From an uncultured Desulfosarcina sp. (GTDB taxonomy: Bacteria; Desulfobacterota; Desulfobacteria; Desulfobacterales; Desulfosarcinaceae), in assembly GCA_963674945.2 (NCBI GenBank), contig CAXXWQ010000004.1, forward strand, positions 2,560,001 to 2,624,000: 64,000 nucleotides of DNA, written 5' to 3'. The notes below the pieces were generated by a model that worked only from the letters and a program-made list of their open reading frames with translations, did no database searches and was not told where the DNA came from. This document shows, piece by piece, positions 45,979 to 56,637 of this stretch. The stretch's first letter is position 1; the number at the start of each line of letters is the position of its first letter. The translations under genes and the position numbers were made by a program.

Positions 45979-48468
45979 AAACTCTCTTATCAACTCCTCC
46001 AACATGGTCTGGCGCAAACCGGTATCGCGGTTTTTGACCGCCATGGCCATGGCCTTTCGCGTACCCACCAGCACGGCCAGCCGTCTGGCCCTGGTCAGGC
46101 CGGTATACAGCAGGTTTCGAAACAGCATTTTAAAATGTTGGGTGAGAACCGGAAGGATCACCACTTCGAATTCGCTCCCCTGGGATTTATGGATGGTGAT
46201 GGCGTATGCCAGGTCGAGTTCGACGACATCATCGTGTTGGTACGTAACGAGGCGATCATCCGGAGAAAAGGAAACGGTGCAGGTAAGCGCCTGGCTGTCG
46301 ATGGCCACAATACGCCCGATATCCCCGTTGAAAACACCCAGATCGTAGTTGTTTCGCCGGTGAATCACCCGGTCACCGGTTCGAAAAATCCGTTCACCCA
46401 CCTTCAGTTGGTGCTTTTCCGCCGATGGTGGATTGGCTGACGCCTGAATCATGGCATTGAGGCTCGATGTGCCGAGGCTGCCCCGGGTCATGGGAGACAA
46501 AATCTGGATTTCGCGGCCAGGGCGGTATTTGGGAATCCATTCCACGTAAAGTCTCCGAACGACTTCCGCGGCAGAAAGCCCTGCGTGCAGCGACGACCAC
46601 GGGTGTACTTTTTTCAACACGGCCAATAGTTCCTGGGAGCGTGATTTGGCCCGAATGACCCGGTTCAGATCCACGTGTTGGAATTTTTTCGGGATCGTCA
46701 GTTCGGTCTCGTAGGGAAGCACCGACTCATGGACACGAAATTCATAAAGGTTTTCCGGACGCGTATCATCCGGAGAAAAAAGGTTCACTTCTTCAGTAAA
46801 AAACCGTTTCACCCGGGCAACGAATCCCAACTGCTCTTTTGTGGCTTCGTCGGAATCGATGAAGAAACAATCCGTCTTGCCGTCGGTCCACACCTTAGGC
46901 CTGTAAAACGGGGATTCCACATGGGGAATTGTGCCTTGATTGATCTCATGGGCATATTGGATGATCAGCGACCGGGCGGCCTGCCGGAAGATGCGGGTCA
47001 GGTGGAAACAGGGAACGATACCGGACGAAATGATGTCTTTTAATACATTTCCGGCCCCTACCGAGGGTAGTTGATCGGCGTCGCCGATGAACAGCACCTG
47101 GCAATTGCCGGGTACCGCCCGCAGCAGGGAGGCCGTAAGGCTGATATCCAGCATGGAACACTCATCAACGATGAGAAAATCCGTGTCCAGAGGGTTTTCC
47201 TCGTCTTTCTTGAATCGGCCCATCCGCCATTCCAACAGGCGATGGATGGTCTTGGACTCCCTGCCGATCACATCTGTCATCCGCTGGGCGGCACGTCCGG
47301 TGGGGGCCGCCAGCATCACCTTTTCCCCCATCGTTTCCAGTACTTTGACCAAAATGAGAATCGTAGTGGTCTTTCCCACGCCGGGACCACCGGTCATGAC
47401 GGAAAACCGCCTTCCCACGATTCCCCGGACTGCCGCCATCTGCTCCTCGCTCAAACGGATTTTGCTCTTTCGGCAATGGTCATGGACTGCTTCAAGCATC
47501 CATTTGTGATCAAGGGCCACAGAACCGTCCATTCCTGCAATCTTTCGGGCGACATATTGCTCATCGAAGAAAAGGGTTCTCGAATAGTAGCAGCGATAGG
47601 ATTCTCTGGCATCGACATTTTTCTGCCGAACCATGAGCAGGCCATCGGCCTCCATTTTCCTGAGTATATCGGGCACACGATCACTCACATCCAGTGCCAA
47701 CAGGTCATTCACCTGATCCAGAATCTGGGATTCGGTCAGATAGCAATGCCCGAACTCCCGGCTGGCGGAAAGGGAGTGGCCGATTCCCGCCACGATTCGC
47801 CGACGACTGTCCCTGGCCAGCCCGATGCTCAGGGCCACCTTGTCGGCCGAGAAAAAACCGATACCGTAAATATCCCGGGCCAACCGATACGGATCCTCGG
47901 TGACGACGGCAATGGCATCATCCCCGTATTCCTTGTAAATCCGTACGGCGAATAGGGTACTGATACCATGGGATTGCAGGAACATCATGACGTCGCGGAT
48001 GGCACGGTGCGCGGACCATGCCTCGGAGATCATCACCAGTTTTTTTTCGGCGATACCCGGCACTTCGGTAAGTCTTCGGATGTCCCCTTCGAAAACCTCC
48101 AGGGTTTCGCTTCCAAAGTGCCTGACGATTTCCCTGGCCGTCTTTGGTCCGACACCTTTGATAAGCCCCGACCCGAGGTACTTTTCCAATGCGCCGCTCG
48201 TGGCCGGTCGGTGCTCGACGGCATGGGTTGCCGAAAATTGCCTTCCATACTTGGGGCTTATGGTCCATGAACCGGAAAATTCCATCGTGGCACCGGCAAA
48301 AACACGGGCTTGATGGACGATGACGGTTTCACGCTGGTGGGGGTTGTCAAAGGGTTGGACGCGTAGCACCGACCAACCGTTTTCCGCGTTGTGGTAGGTC
48401 ACGCGGTCCACGATTCCCCGAAGACGTTCGATGATGACGCCCGTACTGCTGTGTAAAGCCGTTCCCAT
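45976..48468 (-). CDS. recD2: ATP-dependent RecD2-like SF1B helicase
   Basis: YLGSGLIKGVGP HhH region, GGPGVGKTT, APTGRAA, DECSM, GDADQL, RIFRQ, AYAITIHKSQGSE, YTGLTRA; start uncertain. Confidence 0.93.
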   Translation of the reverse strand: MGTALHSSTGVIIERLRGIVDRVTYHNAENGWSVLRVQPFDNPHQRETVIVHQARVFAGATMEFSGSWTISPKYGRQFSATHAVEHRPATSGALEKYLGSGLIKGVGPKTAREIVRHFGSETLEVFEGDIRRLTEVPGIAEKKLVMISEAWSAHRAIRDVMMFLQSHGISTLFAVRIYKEYGDDAIAVVTEDPYRLARDIYGIGFFSADKVALSIGLARDSRRRIVAGIGHSLSASREFGHCYLTESQILDQVNDLLALDVSDRVPDILRKMEADGLLMVRQKNVDARESYRCYYSRTLFFDEQYVARKIAGMDGSVALDHKWMLEAVHDHCRKSKIRLSEEQMAAVRGIVGRRFSVMTGGPGVGKTTTILILVKVLETMGEKVMLAAPTGRAAQRMTDVIGRESKTIHRLLEWRMGRFKKDEENPLDTDFLIVDECSMLDISLTASLLRAVPGNCQVLFIGDADQLPSVGAGNVLKDIISSGIVPCFHLTRIFRQAARSLIIQYAHEINQGTIPHVESPFYRPKVWTDGKTDCFFIDSDEATKEQLGFVARVKRFFTEEVNLFSPDDTRPENLYEFRVHESVLPYETELTIPKKFQHVDLNRVIRAKSRSQELLAVLKKVHPWSSLHAGLSAAEVVRRLYVEWIPKYRPGREIQILSPMTRGSLGTSSLNAMIQASANPPSAEKHQLKVGERIFRTGDRVIHRRNNYDLGVFNGDIGRIVAIDSQALTCTVSFSPDDRLVTYQHDDVVELDLAYAITIHKSQGSEFEVVILPVLTQHFKMLFRNLLYTGLTRARRLAVLVGTRKAMAMAVKNRDTGLRQTMLEELIREF

Positions 48469-48590
48469 GAGGATTCTTTTTCCCATTATCGACAAGATTT
48501 CATACAATCAACTTGAAACCCGATGATCAAGAAATATATTGAAGAAAACATGCTTGATTAACCTGCCGTCATTTCATAAGGTGCCGAATC

Positions 48591-49388
48591 ATGGGATACG
48601 TATTCGATTTTCACGATGCCAGGCGGTATGACCAGTGGCTCGCCAAACGAAAAAACCGCTTGGCAGCTGATCTGGAGAGCCGGCTCATGCTTAGCATGCT
48701 GGACCCGGTGGCCGGGGAATCGGTGCTGGATATCGGCTGTGGCACCGGGGCATCCTCTCTTCCCCTGCTGGAAAAGGGGTTGGATGTCACCGGGATCGAC
48801 CCATCTCCCTATATGCTGGATATCTTGGCAGAATCGCTGGGAAATCGAATCTCCTTATACCGTGGTGTGGCCGAGGACCTGCCCTTCGATGACAATTCGT
48901 TTAACCATGCCTGCCTGTTTACCAGCCTGGAATTTGTGGATGATCCGGTAAAAGCCCTGGAGGAGGCCTTTCGCGTGGCGAAAGACCGTGTCTTTATCGG
49001 TTTTCTAAACCGCTATGCCTTAACGGGGATCGGCCGCCGCGTACAGGGGATTTTCACGACGATCATCTATAATCGGGCCAACTTTTACAGTGTATGGGAG
49101 ATTAAAAGTATGGTTCGAAGGCTGATGGGAACGGTACCGGTTACCTGGCGGACCGTTTGCCAGTTTCCGGGCCCCTTCAGTGCATGGATGAAGCATATCG
49201 AAGGATCGAATATCGTTCAACGGTTTCCTTTCGGAACCTTTGCAGGCATGACCGTAACACTCGTACCCCGGTTTCGCACCCGTCCCCTGGCGATTCGCTA
49301 CCAACCCAAAAAGGTCGGAAAGGTGGCCACCGGTACTGCCGGTTGCCCCGGAATGGCACCTTCAAACGGGTGGAAACATTTTCCGTAA
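48591..49388 (+). CDS. Class I SAM-dependent methyltransferase
   Basis: VLDIGCGTG, GIDPS, AEDLPFDDNSF, LEFV.DP..AL.E. Confidence 0.9.
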   Translation: MGYVFDFHDARRYDQWLAKRKNRLAADLESRLMLSMLDPVAGESVLDIGCGTGASSLPLLEKGLDVTGIDPSPYMLDILAESLGNRISLYRGVAEDLPFDDNSFNHACLFTSLEFVDDPVKALEEAFRVAKDRVFIGFLNRYALTGIGRRVQGIFTTIIYNRANFYSVWEIKSMVRRLMGTVPVTWRTVCQFPGPFSAWMKHIEGSNIVQRFPFGTFAGMTVTLVPRFRTRPLAIRYQPKKVGKVATGTAGCPGMAPSNGWKHFP

Positions 49389-49651
49389 AAAAGTCCTTTT
49401 TCATTGGAATAATGAACGAGTTCCGTAGTAGCTTTTCCAGGCCACGTATGGCCAAACAACCACATGACGGAACGCATTATTATTGACGACTTTCTCAGAA
49501 GAGCCCAAAGGCCATCGGTTCCGTTAGACAAAAACCGGCCAATCCGGTGAGAATCGTTTGACAAATGGCTCCACCAACGATTTAAAGTAAATTATTATTA
49601 CAAAATTCGCGAACTTTTTAGGTGTATCCAAATCGAAAGGCGCTCTGACTC

Positions 49652-50665
49652 ATGGAAGCCTGGCTTTACGAAACCATGAACAACCAACGTGTGCGGTGCC
49701 GGCTTTGCAGTCACATGTGTGTGATCGGCGATGGTGAGCGGGGCATCTGCGGCGTTCGGGAAAACCGGAAAGGTGTCTTACACACGCTGGTATACGGTCG
49801 ATTAATCGCGGCCGGTGATGATCCCATAGAGAAGAAACCGCTATTTCATCTGATGCCGGGCAGCCGCTCCTTTTCCATTGCCACCGTGGGGTGCAACTTT
49901 CGGTGCCGGTTTTGCCAGAATGCCCACATCGCCCAAATTTCGGTGGACCACGAAACACGGATATCTGGCCAGCAGACAACCCCGGAAGAAGTCGTCTCGG
50001 CGGCCAGAAGAAGCGGTTGCACCAGCATCGCATACACCTATACCGAGCCCACCATCTTCTTCGAGTTCGCCTGTGATACGGCCCGGCTGGCCAGCGGGGC
50101 GGGGCTCAAGAATGTGTTTGTCACCAACGGATATATGAGCGACGAGGCCCTTTCGCGTGTCCGTCCCTGGTTGGATGCCGCCAATGTGGATCTGAAGGCC
50201 TTTTCGGATGATTTTTACAAAAAGCAATGCGGCGGCCGCTTGCAGCCGGTCAAAGATACTCTCCGGCGAATGAAATCCTATGACATTTGGGTGGAGGTCA
50301 CCACCTTGATCATTCCCGGACTCAATGACGATGCGGCACAATTGTCTCAGCTCGCAGACTTTATCGTAACAGCGTTGGGACCCGAGACGCCCTGGCACGT
50401 GAGCCGTTTTCATCCTACCCACCGCATGCTCGATCGACATCCGACACCGGTGCAAACCCTTTGTAAGGCAAGAGATATTGGCATTGCGGCGGGACTCAAG
50501 TATGTCTACACGGGAAATATACCCGGTCAGGGAGGAGAAAACACCGTTTGCCCCGGCTGCAAGGAGATGGTCATCGCCCGAAATGGCTTTTCTATCATAG
50601 AAAATCGGTTGAAAAACGGCCGTTGCCCGAGTTGCCAGACGGTTATCGAAGGCATTGCCATGTGA
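49652..50665 (+). CDS. amrS: AmmeMemoRadiSam system radical SAM enzyme
   Basis: C.LC.H.C…G.CGVR.N, DPIEKKPLFH, GCNFRCRFCQN, AYTYTEP, C-terminal CPGC/CPSC. Confidence 0.92.
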   Translation: MEAWLYETMNNQRVRCRLCSHMCVIGDGERGICGVRENRKGVLHTLVYGRLIAAGDDPIEKKPLFHLMPGSRSFSIATVGCNFRCRFCQNAHIAQISVDHETRISGQQTTPEEVVSAARRSGCTSIAYTYTEPTIFFEFACDTARLASGAGLKNVFVTNGYMSDEALSRVRPWLDAANVDLKAFSDDFYKKQCGGRLQPVKDTLRRMKSYDIWVEVTTLIIPGLNDDAAQLSQLADFIVTALGPETPWHVSRFHPTHRMLDRHPTPVQTLCKARDIGIAAGLKYVYTGNIPGQGGENTVCPGCKEMVIARNGFSIIENRLKNGRCPSCQTVIEGIAM

Positions 50666-50697
50666 ATTACTGACGATCAGAAGAGAATGCGATAGCC

Positions 50698-51597
50698 ATG
50701 TCGAGTATCGGGAACCTCAATCTGGACCACCTTATCGGCCAGCAGTTTGGAACATCCGTTTTGTTGAAAAAACTGGGGCACGGCGCCATGTCCGCCGTAT
50801 TCGTTGCCTATCAAAAGAGCCTCAAGCGACAGATTGCCGTCAAGATCCTTCCCAAAGCCATCATAACGAAAGAGACTGCGGCCTTTTTCCAGCAGGAAGC
50901 CGAATCGGCGGCAATTCTGTCGCATCCCAACATCATTCCCATTTACGAAGTGGGGGAAACCAAATCGTTTCTTTTTTTCACCATGCAGTTGGTAAAGGGC
51001 AACGCCTTATCTTATTTTATTCGACGGACCCGAAAAAACATCGTTCCTTCAAAACGGTTTATGCCCTTGTCGACGACGATTCCTATCATGCTGAAGATTC
51101 TCGATGCCCTCTCCTATGCCCACGACAACGATATCATCCATCGGGACATCAAACCGGATAACATCATGATCGAGGCCCACTCCAAACGACCCCTGGTCAC
51201 CGATTTCGGCGTGGCCAGGGTTGCCCGAACCACGGGAAATAGCGACAAGATGCTATTGGGAACGCCTGTGTACATTGCACCGGAGCAGATCCTGACCGGC
51301 AAGGTGGATGGACGTGCGGATATGTACAGTGCCGGGACGATGATGATGGAGATGCTCATGGGCGATGTTCCCTATCCGCCGTACAAATCCGCCATGGAGC
51401 TGTTGAAAATGAAGTTGTCGCTCAAAGACCACATTTTTCAGAAACGGCCATCGCAGGTCCACCCCATGGCCAACAAAGAACTGGATGAGATCCTGTTCAA
51501 GGCACTGGCCTTCGATCGGGATCAAAGGTATGGCTCCTGTCGGGAGTTCGCCTCAACCCTGGAAGCATACCACAAAAAGCGATCTTCTCATTGCTGA
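50698..51597 (+). CDS. Stand-alone Hanks-type Ser/Thr protein kinase
   Basis: LGHGAMSAV, VAVK-like IAVK, HRDIKPDN, DFG, GTPVYIAPE, D.YS.G. Confidence 0.93.
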   Translation: MSSIGNLNLDHLIGQQFGTSVLLKKLGHGAMSAVFVAYQKSLKRQIAVKILPKAIITKETAAFFQQEAESAAILSHPNIIPIYEVGETKSFLFFTMQLVKGNALSYFIRRTRKNIVPSKRFMPLSTTIPIMLKILDALSYAHDNDIIHRDIKPDNIMIEAHSKRPLVTDFGVARVARTTGNSDKMLLGTPVYIAPEQILTGKVDGRADMYSAGTMMMEMLMGDVPYPPYKSAMELLKMKLSLKDHIFQKRPSQVHPMANKELDEILFKALAFDRDQRYGSCREFASTLEAYHKKRSSHC

Positions 51598-51652
51598 TTT
51601 TGGAAGCGAAACCGTTTACCTTCTCATAAATGGAAAATTAGATGAGGTCCCC

Positions 51653-54085
51653 ATGCAAGTAGATGCCACAACAAAAAACCAGCTTGCACAGTTCGGACGA
51701 ACCATCGCGTTGATGTTCAATCGATCCCTCATGTACCAGGCCAACCATCCGTTTGTACAGCAATCCATCGATATGTTTTACGAAGGGGCGCGCTCTTTGC
51801 TTGCCACCATCTCGCCATTGGTATTTATTCTCAATCGCGAAGAGTTCTATGTGGATGAAGTGCCCTTGGACCCCCGCATCAATGTAGGCCGCCTTTTGTT
51901 ACTTTTTAAAAACAACGATATCCAGTCCATCTCCATCGAACCGGGGCTCGAAAAACGGGAGGTGAGGGTGTTTCTGGAGGTATTCGGCGAAATCAAAAAG
52001 TACAGTAGTGCAGAAGCGATTAAAAAGGCCATCTTCTCCCGTGGTGTCACAAATATCAAAATCAACCACGTACGATATAAAAAAGTAACGGAAGACGACG
52101 AGATCATCTCCAGGGACACGATAAAGGGTTTTACACCGAATCTCATGAGTGCCGAGGAAGAAGCCAAAACCCGAAAGATGTTTATGGATTCTCTTCTGGA
52201 GAGTGTTCTCACCGAGGAGTTTGCCAAGACCTTGAATATCGAATCGCTCATGGCCAACCCTGCCGCCGTATCGGAAAACATGATTCAGGCGGATCTGGAA
52301 CACGTCGCTTCCACCGCCGGGGAATCGGGCTCAGGGGGAGTTGGTGGTGCCGAAAAAAGTTCGGATACCGGCTCCGGGTCAATGGCCGATGGGGGTGTTC
52401 CGGGCGGCATTTCGGGTACTGGGGCCAGAGGCGTGGATGCCGGGGGCGACGCAGAAGAAGGTTCGGGTACGGGCGGTGGCTTGCGTGCCGGAACGGATAC
52501 AGGCGCACAGACAGAACTCGAAGGCGCCGGTCCTGCGCGCGGCATGGGCGGCAGCGGTCATGGTGGTTTGTTGATCCAGCAATTGGACGTGATGCGCATG
52601 GAAGTGGAAAATCATATTGCGGGAAAAGGCAATGTGGAGATTTCCCAGTTGGCCGATGCCATCTTCGATATGAAAAAGCAATTGCTGGCGGGTATCGAAG
52701 CCCAAAAAGCACTGGGGGTGGCCTACGAAAACGAATCAGACATCCTGCAGCATGCCAATGAACTCACCGATCAGGTACTCCTTCAATTGGTTCGAGACGA
52801 GTATCAGAAGGGAGAAATCACACCTTCTCGCATGGCCCAAATCGTAAGACGTCTCATACCCGAAGCGGATGAGTTGAAGCGCCTTTTGCCCGATATCAAA
52901 GCCGTCCTTTTGGATGAGGGCATGTCCCACACCCAGTACCTGGAATTGATTCAGGCGTTGAGCAAGGAGCTTCAAAGCGAAGGCCTGGCCAATATTCTCC
53001 AGGCGAGCGGGGAGGAAATCGGCGTGGATGGTGAATTGCTGATCACCGAACTCAAACAGAATCCCGAACAAGCCGCCCAGTTGATCTACCTGGCATCGGA
53101 AATTCGAAAGGGAGACGGTGACGACGAAGCACTGACCGAAATCCTGGCCGGATATGTTGAGAAGATGGGCGGAGATTTGGCCCTGGAGCAGGCCGGGGAA
53201 AAGGATGATCCGGCGCATCTTCAAAAAGTGATGGGAAGCATCGAGACAAGTATCGTCCGGCAGTTGGAAAAAATGGATGTGGAAAGTGATGTCATCGCAA
53301 AGCTGGAAAAACGGCTGAACGACCGGATGGAAGCTGTTTTGGACCAGATGCGGGCCGAGTGGATGCAAGCGCGAAACCGACAGGGAAAAGGCGGAGAAGG
53401 AGGAAAGCCGCGACGCGTACTCAGTGTCCTGGAAACCCTTGAGCAGAGCGTCAGCGAACACGACGAATTGGGACTAATTCTAAATGTCGTACGAGAAAAA
53501 GTGGAATCCGGTAAAATCGACGAAAACGACTATAAAGCCATTCAAAATGAAATTACGCTGGAAAAGCAACGAATCAAAGAAGCAGAAGCCAACCGCGTCA
53601 CGCCCACGGGTGTGATCAAAGCGGGGGCGATGGTCTTTATTCTGGAAAAGGAGATCGCCCGGGCCAACCGGTATGACTATTCATTTTCGGTGTTGGCTTT
53701 TTCAATGGTTCGAATCAAACCTCAGGCCAAAGTCCCGGCCGGTACAATTCACAACGAAATCCTCATTGAATCCGCTCTTGCCAAGATGGTCGAAATCTTT
53801 CGCGAGGTGGACATCGTTGGGCAGATGGGCAAAAATACAATCATCGTCGTGCTCCCATTGATTGACCGCGAGGATTCGAAAAAGGCCTTAAACCGTGTCA
53901 TAACGAAGCTTCAGGGAGAGTACCTTGTCGTCAACGATATTCCGGTTGATGTGAAATATGCAGGAATCGCCATGACTTTCGACGGTGAACACACACCCGA
54001 CGCGAAAAGTTTCATACGGGTCATGTCCAGTCGACTTCAGGATATGGCCAATCGCTTGAAAAATATTCAATCGTACATGTCGTGA
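51653..54085 (+). CDS. Large helical protein with Gly/Ser/Thr-rich linker and C-terminal degenerate GGDEF domain
   Basis: N-terminal MYQANHP motif; low-complexity linker; LEKEIARANRY…FREVDIVGQMGKNTIIVVLP; GAGG RBS before ATG 51653. Confidence 0.75.
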   Translation: MQVDATTKNQLAQFGRTIALMFNRSLMYQANHPFVQQSIDMFYEGARSLLATISPLVFILNREEFYVDEVPLDPRINVGRLLLLFKNNDIQSISIEPGLEKREVRVFLEVFGEIKKYSSAEAIKKAIFSRGVTNIKINHVRYKKVTEDDEIISRDTIKGFTPNLMSAEEEAKTRKMFMDSLLESVLTEEFAKTLNIESLMANPAAVSENMIQADLEHVASTAGESGSGGVGGAEKSSDTGSGSMADGGVPGGISGTGARGVDAGGDAEEGSGTGGGLRAGTDTGAQTELEGAGPARGMGGSGHGGLLIQQLDVMRMEVENHIAGKGNVEISQLADAIFDMKKQLLAGIEAQKALGVAYENESDILQHANELTDQVLLQLVRDEYQKGEITPSRMAQIVRRLIPEADELKRLLPDIKAVLLDEGMSHTQYLELIQALSKELQSEGLANILQASGEEIGVDGELLITELKQNPEQAAQLIYLASEIRKGDGDDEALTEILAGYVEKMGGDLALEQAGEKDDPAHLQKVMGSIETSIVRQLEKMDVESDVIAKLEKRLNDRMEAVLDQMRAEWMQARNRQGKGGEGGKPRRVLSVLETLEQSVSEHDELGLILNVVREKVESGKIDENDYKAIQNEITLEKQRIKEAEANRVTPTGVIKAGAMVFILEKEIARANRYDYSFSVLAFSMVRIKPQAKVPAGTIHNEILIESALAKMVEIFREVDIVGQMGKNTIIVVLPLIDREDSKKALNRVITKLQGEYLVVNDIPVDVKYAGIAMTFDGEHTPDAKSFIRVMSSRLQDMANRLKNIQSYMS

Positions 54086-54180
54086 CAATGCAAAGGAAAC
54101 ATTGCCCATGCCCCGACCCATCTCCCGAAAATCTTTTATCGCTCTCTTTGGAAAACGCTCATGGTGGAGAGTAAAATAGC

Positions 54181-55986
54181 ATGAAGTATCGAAAAATTAC
54201 TCTCATCCTTTTTCTATTTGCAGGATTGTGTGCAGCAGTGGTATGGGCGGCAGAAAGCTCGAATGCAAACCTTTCCGCATTCCCGCCAGACCTGGACAGC
54301 TATGGTGACGAGGCGATGGGCAGCATCTTCGCTATATTGAAAAACCGCGTCCATCAGCACCCCTTCAACCTCGTGGCAACGATCATCTTTTTCTGTGCCA
54401 TTATACACACTTTCTTGACCGGTCGATTCATGGTAATCTCCCATCGATGGGCCCACGATCATGAAGAGAAAATAAAAAAAGGCCTGGCGCCGAAACATTC
54501 GGTACACCACGGTGCAGAGCTTTTTCATTTTCTCGGGGAAGTGGAGGCGGTTTTCGGCATCTGGGCCGCCGCTTTGGTGGGTACCATTGTAATGTTTTTC
54601 GATTGGCAAACGGCCAAGAGCTACATCCTGTACAAGGTCAATTTCACCGAACCGATGTTCGTGGTGGTTATCATGACCCTGGCGGCGACCCGGCCGATTC
54701 TGCAGCTTTCCGAAAAGGCCATGGCCAAGGTTGCCAATCTGATGGGCGGGACGCTTTCCGCCTGGTGGTGGACGTTACTCACCATCGGTCCCATCCTCGG
54801 TTCCTTTATCACCGAGCCGGCCGCCATGACCATTACCGCCATGCTGCTGTCCGAAAAAATCTACGAACTCAACCCTTCGAACAAATTCAAGTACGCGACC
54901 TTGGGTCTTTTGTTCGTCAATGTCAGTGTTGGTGGTACGCTTACCAGTTACGCGGCGCCGCCGGTGCTCATGGTGGCCGCCCCCTGGAGTTGGGATACCG
55001 CCTTCATGATAAGCCATTATGGATGGAAGGCCATTCTTGGAATACTGGTGGCCAACCTGAGCTATTATTTTATGTTTCGAGGCGAATTGAAATCATTGGA
55101 AATGGCTTTTTCCATGGAAAGCCTGAAGAATGAGATTCAACGACGCTACCTGAAGCGATCCCATCTGGAAGCGATGGTGGACGACTGCATCGAACGATTG
55201 GGCGATCGGCTCCATTTTTTCGATAACTTTTCAAATCAGTTTAAAGACGCCACCAAAGAACTCTACGAGAGACTGGAAAAACGGGTGATGGCGGCGTTGA
55301 AGGAAAAGGGCGTCAATGAACAGCTGGCCAAACAGGCCTTTGAAGAGCGCATCGGCGAGATCCAGCTACGGCGAATGCGGCAAAATTTTCCCGCTTTGCT
55401 GCCACCTGCCGATCGACCGGCCTTTATGGACCCGGATTGGGATCATCGAGACGATCCGGTACCTTACTGGGTAACATTGTTTCATCTTGCCTTTATGGGA
55501 TGGACCATCATCAACGCCCACTACCCGCCATTTTTTATTCCGGGACTTCTCTTCTTTTTGGGTTTTGCCCAGGTGAGTTCGCCATACCAGAACCGTATCA
55601 GCCTCAAACCGGCCCTGCTGGTGGGCTTTTTTCTCGGTGGTCTGGTCATCCATGGTGGGCTTCAGGGGTGGTGGATTGAGCCGGTATTGGGAAATCTGTC
55701 CAAAATTCCACTGATGATGGGGGCCACGATTCTCACGGCATTTAACGACAACGCGGCCATCACATTTTTAAGCACACTTGTGCCCAACTTTTCCGACAGC
55801 ATGAAATACACCGTGGTTGCCGGTGCCGTGGCCGGCGGCGGCCTGACGATCATCGCAAATGCTCCCAACCCCGCCGGGCTGAGCATACTCAAATCCTATT
55901 TTCATGAGGAAGTGTCTCCCGGATTGATTTTTCTGGCAGCAATTTTGCCGACGGTAATCTTATGGTTATCTTTTCTTTTGCTATAG
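54181..55986 (+). CDS. Putative Na+/H+ antiporter (DUF1504-like)
   Basis: FLGEVEAVFG.W, NFTEP.FV, GSFITEPAAMT, NVSVGG.LT..AAPPVLMVA, DNAA.T.L, GGGLT.IANAPNPAG. Confidence 0.85.
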   Translation: MKYRKITLILFLFAGLCAAVVWAAESSNANLSAFPPDLDSYGDEAMGSIFAILKNRVHQHPFNLVATIIFFCAIIHTFLTGRFMVISHRWAHDHEEKIKKGLAPKHSVHHGAELFHFLGEVEAVFGIWAAALVGTIVMFFDWQTAKSYILYKVNFTEPMFVVVIMTLAATRPILQLSEKAMAKVANLMGGTLSAWWWTLLTIGPILGSFITEPAAMTITAMLLSEKIYELNPSNKFKYATLGLLFVNVSVGGTLTSYAAPPVLMVAAPWSWDTAFMISHYGWKAILGILVANLSYYFMFRGELKSLEMAFSMESLKNEIQRRYLKRSHLEAMVDDCIERLGDRLHFFDNFSNQFKDATKELYERLEKRVMAALKEKGVNEQLAKQAFEERIGEIQLRRMRQNFPALLPPADRPAFMDPDWDHRDDPVPYWVTLFHLAFMGWTIINAHYPPFFIPGLLFFLGFAQVSSPYQNRISLKPALLVGFFLGGLVIHGGLQGWWIEPVLGNLSKIPLMMGATILTAFNDNAAITFLSTLVPNFSDSMKYTVVAGAVAGGGLTIIANAPNPAGLSILKSYFHEEVSPGLIFLAAILPTVILWLSFLLL

Positions 55987-56147
55987 CGCGAATGGAAAAA
56001 TGGCCAATTTTCCCGATATCCGTATTGCCGAAAGACTTCATCTTCGGAATACCAAGTTTGTGCCCCGACAAAGTTTTCCTATGTTGGGCGAACACCATGG
56101 AATGATAGACTCGGCTTTACATTTTTCGGTATTCATGGGAGAAGACA

Positions 56148-56582
56148 ATGACCAAATGGCTGCGAACCTTCGAGCACATCATCATTCGGTCACTCATCGT
56201 GATGATGGCCGTCATCATCCTCATCTCCACCATCGAACTGGGCTATCTGCTGGTCAAGGATATCGTCAGTCCACCGGTCTTTTTCCTGGAGATCGATGAA
56301 CTGCTGGAGCTTTTCGGCTTCTTTCTGCTGATTCTGATCGGGATCGAACTGTTGGAGACCATCAAAGCATACCTGCAAGACGAAGTCGTCCATTCGGAAA
56401 TCGTTTTGGAAGTGGCCCTTATTGCCATTGCGCGTAAAGTGATAATATTGGACTTCGAGAAATATGACAGCATGGTCATTCTCGGCATCGCCGCCCTGAT
56501 CGTAACGATTTCCCTTTCGTACTATATCGTTCGGCGGAAAATCCGAGTCGATCTTTCGATGGACAAGTCAACGCGATCCTGA
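56148..56582 (+). CDS. PsiE family membrane protein
   Basis: LLILIGIELLET…Y, ALIAIARKVIILD. Confidence 0.85.
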   Translation: MTKWLRTFEHIIIRSLIVMMAVIILISTIELGYLLVKDIVSPPVFFLEIDELLELFGFFLLILIGIELLETIKAYLQDEVVHSEIVLEVALIAIARKVIILDFEKYDSMVILGIAALIVTISLSYYIVRRKIRVDLSMDKSTRS

Positions 56583-56637
56583 GTGCGGAATCGATTGTCT
56601 CCGGATTGTTACGAATGAAAGGAAATAGCACAAAACG

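Noticed and set aside
49652..50665. amrS as part of a RiPP or defence cluster with the kinase
   Set aside because: No precursor peptide or amrA/amrB nearby; amrS is widespread and often separated from its partners.
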